Made by a program: the position numbers and the translations under genes
DNA from: Chrysomallon squamiferum
Lineage: Eukaryota; Animalia; Mollusca
Direction: 5' to 3'
Assembly (NCBI GenBank): GCA_012295275.1
Contig: CM022665.1
Coordinates: 23,560,001-23,624,000 of the forward strand
Length of the DNA stretch: 64,000 nt
Part shown: positions 1 through 38,404 of the stretch, piece after piece
Numbering within the stretch: the first letter of the stretch is position 1
Layout of the letters: every line of letters starts with the position of its first letter
Notes under the pieces: generated by a model
What the model saw: only the letters and a program-made list of their open reading frames with translations
Databases searched by the model: none
Told to the model about the DNA's origin: nothing

Positions 1-79
1 CCTGTGATGGATCATAGAGAAGACTGGTTTCACCATCAGCTCCATTCACTTCTCCATTTACCATAGCATCTCCATTTTC
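1..79 (-). CDS. XDH: XDH-B exon 8 (partial)
   Basis: [26 protein letters not shown] after a TAG acceptor; mirrors 20092-20170. Confidence 0.9.
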
Positions 80-3000
80 CTAAATTATATTAAAATAACA
101 GTAACAACAACAACAATAAAACATCTGTAATATTAACAACAACAACAACAATGGTATTAATAAAATATGTTCAAAGAGAATATAGAAATGGCACTGCAGG
201 TAATTGTCAAAATTGATATAAGGTTAAATATGAAAAACAAAAGAGAAGCATATTGACAGTGATATTCACTAGTCTTTAACTATGTAAAATCAACTAAAAT
301 ATTAACCAAGTAAATAAACCCTAGTGATTATTTCTTCTGTTAAATTAAAGTTTTTTTGTGGGATTTTATTTCATTTATTCAGAACACTGGACATAACAAA
401 AATATTCATAAATAATACATTTTTATCAACATAAAGAGAGAAAAACAACCTTTTTTTAAAGAAAGAAAGAGAGAAAAGAAAGAAAGAAAGAAATAACCTC
501 TTTGTTGACAGCAGTGTACTTGCAACAGTTTGTACCCAGTGGACACGCATCCTACAAATAAATGTGAACTAAAAGAAATTATTATCATCTTACAAAAATT
601 ATATTACACATTTAAATAAAGTTTATGATGAACAGTGAACAACACCTTTTCCCTTGAAGCTTTGAAAAATATCCTAAATAAAGAATGAAGAATTTGACAA
701 CATGCTGATAAAAGGACTGTGGCTACACAGTGATGATGATGATGATGATGAAATGAGTTCTCCTAAAATATCACACATACACTTAACAAATGTAATTCAG
801 ACACTAACTGAGCATCTACAAAAATATTAAATATTAAATTTAAAACATCACAGTAATGAACTAATGTAAAATATTGTTGCAGACCTTTGTAAAGGATTGA
901 AATCCTTGTAATATTGGTCTGTATCCAGTGCATCGACAAAGATTTCCTGAAGAAAGAAAAAAGTCAAATAAAATATAGGAATAAAATTGTGAAAGAGCCA
1001 TTTAGTAACAGCATATACAGAATTAAATTTACAAATCATTTTAAAATAAAGATGTCCAGCTTGGTATGTTTACCATCAAAGTAGGATTCCATCTGTTTCT
1101 GTGATGGTTGTGGGTTGTTTCTAAGAAGAGTGTACATTGACATGATGATTCCTGGGGTACAGAATCCACACTGGGTTCCATGAGCATTGGCCAGTTGTTG
1201 CTGTATCAGTAAAAAACAAAAACAATTTAATTATGATATTGATGATTTATGAAGATTGAGTTCACATATTTAATGACTGTATAAAGAATAATGCAGAGAG
1301 ATGGATTGCAAGTGAGAACATTTAGTTTTGGTGGAGTTTTGTTTTGTGTTTCTTGCTTTTTGAAATCTTTTATTAAAAAGAGAGAGAGAGAGCATACCAT
1401 TCAAATAAGTCTATTTCAAAACATACATATTTCTTACTCATTTACATCTGAGTCTATGTCTTGACATATTTTACTGTTTTTATATGACTGATATTAGTTT
1501 CTGATGGTTAGAAAAACAATTTCTAAAATGACCTGAACAGGGTGCAGTCTTGTCTTTGTACTACCAATCCCTTCCACAGTGGTGACTGACATCCCATGTA
1601 GAGCACAAACAGGTGTCAGACAGGAATTCACTGAAATGTGTCTTTGTTGTTGAGAAAAATTAAGAACACTACCTGATTTCATGAAAGCTTATAATGTAAT
1701 TTGATGGTACAGAACATACAGCTATTATAATTATCATCATTAGTAGTAGTATTAGTTTTTTTAAATGTACTTTTATTTTCAAGGACAGTCAGCTAATTTA
1801 GTAATATATAAATTTACCATATGTAAAATTCAGTTCTTGCTTTCATTACATTTTCAGATTAATTTAATCCTCATATTTGAATAAAAGAAAGATAAATAAT
1901 CGGGAAAAGGCACAAAGAAAATATGAGAAGTACAAGATAAATTATATAAAGGATACGATATTTTGTCTGTGAGTCTGTTGTATTTTGACACCATCACAGT
2001 ACAGGCTCCACATCCTCCTTCTCCACAACCAAGCTTGGCACCAGTCAAATGAAGTGAGACTAGTCAAGGAATTTGGTGGATTTTTTTAAAATAAATTAAT
2101 TATAATTTTCTAACATTTATCTGTTGCAAGGTTTGAATCTAAATAAAGAGGAATTTGCCTATAATCAGAATAATTTATTTTAGGTTAGCCTATATTATTT
2201 ATTTATTTATTTATTTATTTAAATTATAAAGACAATATATGATTGGTATTAAAAGAACCACTTTTAGCTATTGATACAGAACTGTTATTTCATCATCTGT
2301 GAAGTGATGAACTCTAAGAGAGTAAAGTCTGTCACTATAAATGCACGTATTCACACCTGCATATCGTGACCCTGGTAAAGACTAACTCACTTCTTTTTAA
2401 ACCGACAGTGTTCACCCGAGGGTGAATGAAATTCTTTTGAATGGAATGAAACTGGACGTCAGCCAAAAAAAAAAACCCATAACAAATGAACTGAGTACAT
2501 GATTTTCACTATGTGTCACTGAAAGAGCTTATTTAAAAGTGCCCTGGGATTTTTTTATATCCTTCAAGACTGAATTTTTATTAATCGACGACAAAACATT
2601 CCATCTAAGTTCATGTTAAACTAGGCTTCAATCTTTGTATCATCGTACATTATCAGACTTTATATTAACGTTTAATAAATAATGTATTGATGTGAGTTTC
2701 TAATATTTATTCAAAGATAAATCGAGTCCGGGCATATAAATACGAACATGAAGTAGATTCACTTAAAAACATCGTGCCAGTGAATTTAATATGGATTAAT
2801 TGTCAAATAATGGCTGAATGAATTAATTAATGTTTAACGATATCCCAGTTTAAATATTTAACGTTTTTCACAATATAGTAGCTAAATAATCGTACATGGA
2901 CTCCGGTCGAAGATCATAACTAATATATGGGTTAAGTAAATCACTATTTTTAATGCTCTTAAACACATCGTGTAGATCCATATGAAAAGAACGTGATCAT

Positions 3001-3739
3001 GCATTTAAATGTGTGAAGGTCAAACAAAGTTGTTATTTTTGGGGAAAAAAAAAAAAAAAAAAAAAAAAAAAAACACTTCGAAGAACATTAATGTTTAAAA
3101 CCAAAAGAAATATAGAGTTTTAATAAAATAAGTAAATTAAATTCTGGTCAGATAAAAGGATATGTCGATATCGAAGATACTGCAGAAGTGTTTCATCCGG
3201 GTCTGCATTCTTTTCTTGAATCTACAACAGGCAGAAGTAACTGTATTAAGAAAAACTACTGAAATATTAAAAAAATTAATTCGAGTTATTATTATTATTA
3301 TTATTGTTATTATTAAAGTTTATTCAGGTGTGTTTTTAGGCACATTTTAGATTCAATATTCGTAAATGATTCAAACGGACAGGATGAAAAAAAAAGACGT
3401 TTTCACTACGGGCGAAAAAATTTAATAAAGCCGCTCAGCAGGAAAGAAAGAAGAAAAAAGTTAGATACTTGAAAATAAAATAACTGACTTTTGATAATGT
3501 ACTTCTTTTATATGGAACTTACAATAAAAACGCGAGTTCTATCTAAAGTATATAACTTTTTTTTTTTATATATATATACGTCACATCATGACATGTATTA
3601 TATTATCACAGCAAGTAGCTTCCATTAAACTACACTTATGACACTATTAACTGGGGTCAATTAAATAAGCCTACTTGTTAAGCGTCCCTGCTTGACGTGA
3701 GAAATGCTCCTGACCTCCAAATATTTTATTTATTTATGT

Positions 3740-3792
<53 letters not shown>

Positions 3793-4972
3793 TCAATAAA
3801 ACTGTTAAAACTTTCAATACGTAGTTTTCGAGCCTATTATAATGAATGCGCAGTCAAAGATGAAATACTTAAACAATTTGTTTTCTGCAACAGATACACA
3901 CAATGGCTTTGTCAGCTCGTCTAATTAGCACGTTAATTTTTTCACTCATTCACTCACTGGAAAATGGTGCACTATGGTGCATAGCCAAGAAAGTCTGCTG
4001 TTTGCCAGTTAAAGGATGTTTTGGATGTACGCTTGCCATGTATATATATATATAAAAGTATCGGGGGCGAAGGGCGGTGGCCTCGTTCAACCAAATGGGG
4101 TGGGGGTCCAGTCAGAGAAAAGAACTTAATAAATTTTGTTGATTTATATTTAAATCGAATAACGCGTTTACTCTGTGTTTCATCTGTGTTTACATACTGA
4201 AGATATCTTCCTCTCTCATCTTTCTCAGTAATATATATATATTTAATTTAAGCAGAGTTGATGTAATGGAGGAACAAAATTAGTTGCCTTTTGTGCAACG
4301 AATCGTTCTGCATGATTCATGTGAAGAACAGCGTATAGAAATTAACATATATTTACATTAAATGACTTATCTATCGTTACGCGTATTAAAAATTCATTTT
4401 CTTAACCGCTTATTACTTGACTTCAGCAGTCACTCTGATGTATTCACTGTTGCAGTTATTATCTACATTTGGGATGTAATTTATTTTTACCTTATACTGC
4501 AAGAAGGTTTTTTAATACAGTAAGGTTGTTGAACTCCAGTTCATCTCTTATTTGATTAAGTAAGGTCTGGAACTGCACTACCACTTGTTTTATCTTTATT
4601 ATCCAAAATATATTATTAAAAATCAAGTTTATATTGTTTTGACATTCACACATACAAACATTCACGCACACATACATGCATCTGTCCATTGGGTATCTTA
4701 TCCGATATGTTTATTTATTTTAAAAAAATGTTTTTTTTTTTTTTTCTCCCGGTTGGAAATGTCTTCATTTTTCTTTTCTTTAATCACTGAGAATTTCGCC
4801 TTAAAATCTTTCTATACATTCGGTGTTCATTTGTTTCACTGGGCGCTTGGTATCGAGAATAGATTGCAAATGCAGTTGTGCAGATGGTTACAATAGAAAT
4901 CAACTTCACGGGGTTTTTTTTAATTCTTTTATCACTTGCAAATCAATCGCTGTTATTAATAATAATAATAAC

Positions 4973-5029
<57 letters not shown>

Positions 5030-5769
5030 AATTAATAAATAAATAAATAACAACATTGGTTGAAAAAAAATGTGTCTATTATACGAAAACAATTCGTCTA
5101 CACCTTCAGTCGGTTTAGGGTTGCTATACATTTCTCAGCAATACTAATCGTCGTGACCTAGGTTAGTCTTAACCTACATTGTCAAGCCAATATTACGTTA
5201 TGTAAATCAGCTTTAATGTCAGTGAAACAATACTTTAACATTTAAAAGTGAAGGTCAGTCAAACTAGGTCAAAAGCCCCATTACTTTCTTATGCTCAATA
5301 TATAACATCTATTTAAATTATAGATAAAACAGTTAAGGAGCACATGACGCAAATCAAAGGCCACGACATTTTGCTTGGTTTACAAAACACTTGGAACAGA
5401 TTTTGCAGTCAAATTTTGTTTTTTCTTATTTTATTTCGCACTGTTTTCAACTTTCTAATAAGAAAAGAAATTATTTATTTGCTATCGATATGGTCATTGT
5501 TTGCCGAGAGAAATATGCGTACGGAGACAAATGAAAATAAATAATTAGATAGGAAAAAACCTCGAGTTGAAGATGAGTTGAACAGGTTGTGTTATTCCAC
5601 CCTTTGATGAAATCCTAGAAAATAATGCCATCTTAGATGCCCTTTATTAATTTTTTCCACTTTCCGACCTGATTTACTAAAACATTTATGTACAGCTGGT
5701 TGATTACACTAGTGTACTTTAAAATTTCACTTTTTGAATATCCTTAATGATGAAAACCTAAAGATACAC

Positions 5770-5815
<46 letters not shown>

Positions 5816-7766
5816 GTTGATAAAAGTAACAAAGAACATTGATGCGTTTTTCCACTATCCCAAAATTAATCGTTTCATTAAGTCTTGAATATATTTTTAA
5901 AAGACTTCTAGGGAAAATACATTTAAATTAAATCTGTTCAAAGTTATTATTATTTTTTTTTTTTGGAATAAATCATCGAGTTGCCGATAATGCTTTGAAT
6001 TTAGGAATTTTTGTCTGGTGTAAGAACAGTGTTAAAAGAAAATAAGCCATACAATGAAATAGCACCTTTTGAACTGTACGTAACTAAAAAATTATAAACT
6101 GAATATTTTGCTGCACTCGAACAGCCATAAAGAATTAAAATTTCAAAACTGCTGGTGTTTCGAGTGAATCACTGCATTAAGACACCTGTGAAATACAGAA
6201 CGCGTGTGTGTGGGGGGGTGCGTGTATATATGTGTGTAGCCATCGTCCTGAATGTGTGGAAAGAATGTTGCTATCACGATGTTATGAAGAGTGGTTTTTG
6301 GTTTACAAAAGCTTCTAACCAAGTAATTCGCAAAACTGTATATAATTTAATATAATAGTATATAAAATGATTATAAAAAAAATTAGTTTCGTTTATATAT
6401 ATATATGTGTATGTATGTATGTATGTACGTATATTAAAAGACAAAAGTTGTTGTGACATAGATTCTGTAGAGTAATGGATTTATGGATGTAAACCAGAGT
6501 AAATGTGCACGAAACAGCTTAAGAAATGCAAACAGGGATTGTATGCTTTAAGCAATGAACGTGGAATATTCGGGTGAAATTCTGTCCAGTGTTCATCATA
6601 AAAGGCCAGACATTCAGTCGCAAATCAGTGCCACTCTGCAGCCTTCAGAAATCCAGAAGTGAGAAATACACCATTAGTGAATTGTTTGATGCAATTTCGT
6701 TATGCCACATCTCCTGCCTCGGATCTGGAATGGCATTTTCAGGCACTTTCTCCAGTGTTGAGAGGCTTCAGAAAGATGATGGTGCCAGGCCTATATCAAT
6801 ATTCATTGCAGACACACTACTGACTGTGTGAACTTTGCTCTGCAACCCCTCTAGTGATCTGGCTCATTTGCATATGGCAGGTGCGCCCTTTTAATTGAAC
6901 TACTGCTAGTTTCCATACACTCGAACGTTTCTTTTTCTGTGTTATAGCGTTTCATACATGGCAGTAAAAACGTAATAATTAGTTAGTTTTATTCTGGAAC
7001 AGTGCTTTTGCTTTGAGATTAACAGCTGTGTTCCTGTGAGTTCATCAAAAATGTCTCGTGTTTTTTTTTTTTTTTTTTTTTTTTGTGGGGTTTTCCCTTA
7101 TAAAATAAAAATTATGTGAAATTTTAGATTTTAAGTTGTACTTCTTCTTTTTTTCTTCTTCTTCTTCTTCTTCTTATTTTTATTATTATTATTGAATTTA
7201 AATATTTCTTTAAATAATAATAGTAATAATAATAATAATAATAAACTTCTAAAGACCAGTGTATATCTGATCAACCCCTTATCGACCCTTTATTCCTCAT
7301 CGATCTCCCTCCCCCCTCTGGGTACCGACCACTTTGGGAGCTTTATACAGTTTTATATATAAGCTATACCTTCTGCATCAAACTGACACCGAAAAGAGTG
7401 TCATATTAAAGTGCTTCTGAAAGTTATAACAGGTAAAGGTCGAGAAACCCAACCCAGGATCTTATTTATTTTCTACTTTCAATCTTGTTACATTTATTAC
7501 AAAAGCATCAAACACAACTCACATAAGAATTATTATCTAAATAGAGAATAACAAAAAATCTGCGTCGTGGCAACCTATATAGCAAAAAAACAACCAAAAC
7601 AAACTAAATAAAACATTAAAAAAACAAACAAAACAAAAACGTGACAGGGAGAGAAGAGAAAATCTCGGTATGCATTCCCGTTTCGTTTATAAATAGTTAA
7701 AGCAAGCAGTTAACTTACTTTTCGACCGTTGACAAAAAATACAAGTGTTGACGGCTGCATCTCCAT
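1..7766 (-). CDS. XDH: Xanthine dehydrogenase/oxidase-like paralog B, 5' part (exons 1-8; gene continues beyond the window start)
   Basis: Minus-strand exons 7766-7719, 3221-3164, 2053-1957, 1641-1533, 1200-1074, 946-885, 551-498 and 79-<1 splice in frame: [84 protein letters not shown]...[21 protein letters not shown].../[13 protein letters not shown]. Both 2Fe-2S signatures are present and there are no stops. Confidence 0.92.
498..551 (-). CDS. XDH: XDH-B exon 7
   Basis: [18 protein letters not shown], bounded by AG/GT. Confidence 0.88.
885..946 (-). CDS. XDH: XDH-B exon 6
   Basis: (G)[20 protein letters not shown], Fe-S motif. Confidence 0.93.
1074..1200 (-). CDS. XDH: XDH-B exon 5
   Basis: [42 protein letters not shown]. 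Confidence 0.93.
1533..1641 (-). CDS. XDH: XDH-B exon 4
   Basis: [36 protein letters not shown]. Confidence 0.93.
1642..1956 (-). other. U12-type GT-AG intron 3 of XDH-B (315 nt)
   Basis: Donor GTATCCTTT at 1956; 3' end reads TTCTTAATTTTTCTCAACAACAAAG. Confidence 0.85.
1957..2053 (-). CDS. XDH: XDH-B exon 3
   Basis: (L)[31 protein letters not shown](S), 97 nt. Confidence 0.94.
2054..3163 (-). other. U12-type AT-AC intron 2 of XDH-B (1110 nt)
   Basis: Minus strand: donor ATATCCTTTT at 3163, branch site TTCCTTGAC, terminal CAC at 2054. Joining at these sites restores ...[15 protein letters not shown] in frame. Confidence 0.92.
3164..3221 (-). CDS. XDH: XDH-B exon 2
   Basis: [19 protein letters not shown], 58 nt, TAG acceptor and ATATCC donor. 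Confidence 0.92.
7719..7766 (-). CDS. XDH: XDH-B exon 1 (coding part)
   Basis: AAAATGG start context, [16 protein letters not shown], then GTAAGT donor. Confidence 0.92.
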
Positions 7767-8278
7767 TTTCGTGCAGTGTCCAGCCTTCTGTCGTTCCTGC
7801 ACTGACCTGGATCTCATAGATTATAAGGTCAAGCGAATATTTCCACCAATAATAAAAATGTAGGTCAGTAGAGACCGTAAACATTGACTTTTGACTGGAC
7901 TGAAACATCCTACTGCAAACGAATGTGGCCCATATGATGAATGCGTATTTCTTATTACGATATAACGACTACTGCGAATGAGGCAGGGAAAAGAATGTTC
8001 TTGTATTTTTTCAGTAAGAGCAAGCGGTTGTGAACCACGCCATGAATATTTTTACTGCAGTGCGGCCCGCCCCGCTTCCCGAAACAGGTTGCCGACGTCT
8101 GCTATAGATACGCCATTTGTGCAGTATTGACTGAAACGGGTTTGAAAACAATCATTAAAGTTCTTAATCAGCAAACCTTGAATAAGAACAGTCATTATAT
8201 TACATTATTTGACGTACAAGCAGTATATTTTAGTATTTAAAATATTACATGTTAATAACTCTTGGCACTGTTCATGAC

Positions 8279-8313
<35 letters not shown>

Positions 8314-8795
8314 GATCATCATCATCATCATCATCATCATCAATAATCTTGTCTAAAAGAACAAACACATCCCGAATCGATTAAACTATTTTTTCATCCA
8401 GTCTTATAGATCTTATATAGTAAAATCCAAATAACATATTTGATAATATATGTTGTTAAAAAAGTTACACCTTTGGTGATGTGAATATAAATGGAGCAGA
8501 ATCTGAATTTCACTTGGATAAGATTTTAGAAGTGACTTTTGAGAAGATTTTCGGAGAACCTGTTTGAATGTGGGATGGACTTTATGAAGAAAATTTTCAA
8601 ACCAAAGAGGAGATTAAGGAAGTTTGTGATAAGTGACGTATTGTATTATTATTATTATTATTATTATATATTATGCATGTAGTATGTTTTGAACCATATT
8701 TCAAACATAACAAGCTTAATTTTTCCCACTGACACTACTAACACACACTTATTCCATCATAAGTTCCAATATTATTTCCAAAGCATGGCCAGAAC

Positions 8796-8799
<4 letters not shown>

Positions 8800-8868
<69 letters not shown>
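8800..8868. repeat. (GA)n microsatellite
   Basis: Read directly. Confidence 0.95.
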
Positions 8869-8871
<3 letters not shown>

Positions 8872-9289
8872 AAACCATCGAACAGACGATCACGAATAAG
8901 AAAGCTATTTTTAGATCACACCAACAGTTGAAAAACTGAAGTCACGCAACATTTTTTTTTTTTTTTTTCAGACATCAAAGACAACCTATACTGACGAGTG
9001 CATGAAAATAGCACATTTTCATGAAAATAAAAAACAAACTGCATTGGGAAAAAGAAATGTTACTCTTCACTATCGTACATATTGAATTCTCCTTTGAAAA
9101 AAAGTGTATCTGTGCTGACCTGGAGAAAGATTTTCAACTGCAGTGCGAGTGCCTGTACAATTTAATTATAACTGTCTTAGTGACAGAAGAATGTTTCTGT
9201 CTTCCGCCTGTAAAATGTCACTTCTATCATGATTGTTGATTCGATCTGCCGAATCCAGAAAAAGCCATTGTTAGCTGTGTCGAGATGTA

Positions 9290-9960
9290 AGGGTTAGTTT
9301 AGTCTGGAACTCAGGGTATGATGAGAGCGCTAGTCAGTATGAACTAGCAAAGTCTGCAGTATTACAAGCGTATGAGTTACGACCTGAATATTATCGTTTA
9401 CAGTATAGCGAATTAAAGAAAACAGAGGGAGGGTCAGTCTTATAGCAAATTCGTGGCTAAGAAATCAGGATTGTTTGATAAATGGATGGCTTCTCATCAG
9501 GTAGAGAGTCATTTATAGAATTTCGGGAATATTGTTGATCTTACTGGACATTAAAAATGGGTTATCATTTAGCTTATGTATTCCTTTAAAGGATCTGGAT
9601 ATCAAAATGGCAGAGGATGCAGGCATAGCGGCAAATCACTGTTTCAATTCACAAAGCACAGGCGGTATAGGGTAGTTCTACACAACATAGGGAAAGTGTC
9701 TGTCGGGGAGGTTCATCTAGCTGGTAGGCATTTGGTGTAGAGAGCAAGGATAAATCATCATTATCAGCAAATGCACGACCTTTTCGTCCCCGTTGCGCTT
9801 ATTGTAATGGGGTGAACCATCTCACTGGGGACCGTTTTAAAAGAAAATGCGATAAAGCCCAGGTCATCAGTTTAGTGAGGTCAGTCCAGCTAGAGTTACT
9901 GGACAGACCAAAAGTAAACCCGTATTACTGGGGAGAATATGGTTGTCCGGTTTCATTGCC
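9290..9960 (+). mobile_element. Degenerate Ty3/Gypsy LTR-retrotransposon gag fragment
   Basis: Frameshifted translation SQYELAKSAVLQAYELRPEYYRLQY../..GQSYSKFVAKKSGLFDKWMAS resembles the Gypsy gag motif AYELxPExYRxxF...LFDKW. A decayed zinc knuckle CAYCNGVNH lies near 9793-9820. Confidence 0.75.
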
Positions 9961-10137
9961 AGCCAGAATTATAAGCTCCATAACCAACAGTCCGTAACTT
10001 GTTCTACAATTATTTATAAATGCTGTCATTGGATAGAATCAAGCGCGTCATCTTTTTCATATTAAATTATCATATTTAAAGAGGTGAGTTAGCACTTTTT
10101 TGTCATTTCATTTCGACGGATAGTCAAGCCAAAGAAA

Positions 10138-37293
<27,156 letters not shown>

Positions 37294-37907
37294 GAACTTG
37301 GCTTTTACACAGAAAGTATTTACTAAACTATGTTATCCAGGAGAAAAGGCAACGTGACATTCAAGGAATTATACACAACAAAAATCTCTGTGAGGTTCTG
37401 TATATCATCCAAAGGATCCTGCTGACTGTTGCTGAAGAATTTATACATATTTGTATACAAGGGGTACTAAACATCAAGTCCAATAATGATACGCAACATT
37501 CAGAGGTACTACAGTACAAAACTGAAAAAAACATGCCAGTAATGATAACACCACAGCATCCCAGTATTTATGTATCAAAAACTTATATCAAGCAGTTCCA
37601 GTACATTCATTACTTCACATATAAAATCAGAGCAAGTGTTATGTAGAAATTATGGTAATCACTAGATTAAAAAAAGGAGAAAATATTTGTTTTAAATTCT
37701 GTGGATTTAGACATTTGGTTTTTGAATTCTTTTATGTGTATTTTAGCTTATTGTTAAATATATGAATAATTTTTTTTTGGTGACATGAAAGGTTATACTG
37801 GAATTCATTAAAAAATATATTTGGTTATTACTCTAGTGTTTAGAATGAATGGTTTTGGGTTTTGTTTCAAAAATGTATTGATTCTCTGGAGTAAAATGCA
37901 TAATCAG

Positions 37908-37967
37908 AATAAAATAATGTGACAAAAATAACCGTGTTGTGTATTTTGTTAAAATATAAATAATAAA
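37908..37967 (+). terminator. Candidate polyadenylation signals of XDH-A
   Basis: AATAAA at 37908 and 37962 followed by T/GT-rich sequence; weak evidence in AT-rich DNA. Confidence 0.3.
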
Positions 37968-38362
37968 CAAGAAACTGATCTTGCATGTTTAATTTATTGA
38001 CAGTATTGCAGAACATATTAACAAATTTTTTTTTTTTTTTTTATGAGATTTTAAAATGTTTTCAAATTTATTTATCAGTTATTCTTATTTATTTAAATTT
38101 TAAAATTAAAATGGCTTTACATTTCTTTTCTCTTATTTTTAGAATGGTTTTAAATTTTATTTTCTAAATTTTATTTTCTGTTCTTAGCTGTTACCGAACA
38201 TTTGATGTATTTTTGTCTTGTTAAACATGCGTTCATTTATTTTTATATTTTTTTATATTTTAATGGATAAAAATGGATATCTAATTGTAAAATCTACTGC
38301 GGAAAGAATTATCTCCCTTTATAGGTTTCGAAGCAATTATATATTATTATTATTATTATTAC

Positions 38363-38404
<42 letters not shown>

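Larger units (their letters stand above)
7767..10137. promoter_or_regulatory. Intergenic region between the divergently transcribed XDH-B and XDH-A
   Basis: Lies between the two start codons. GC box (CCCGCCCC 8066-8073), RORE-like AATGTAGGTCA 7857-7867, TATAAA 10015-10020, ARE-like GTGAGTTAGCA 10084-10094. These are motif matches only. Confidence 0.55.

Noticed and set aside
2054-2056. AC at the XDH-B exon 3 acceptor as an inactivating splice mutation
   Set aside because: The matching donor is ATATCCTT, giving a canonical AT-AC U12 intron.
1-2073. Minus-strand XDH copy as a pure assembly artefact or truncated pseudogene
   Set aside because: It has its own divergent exons 1-2, distinct introns 1-3, intact splice signals and no stops. 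Only the identical block needs a read-level check.
5150-5272. AGGTCA/TGACCT cluster in XDH-B intron 1 as a nuclear-receptor enhancer
   Set aside because: Such motif runs are common in invertebrate interspersed repeats and cannot be told from a repeat fragment here.
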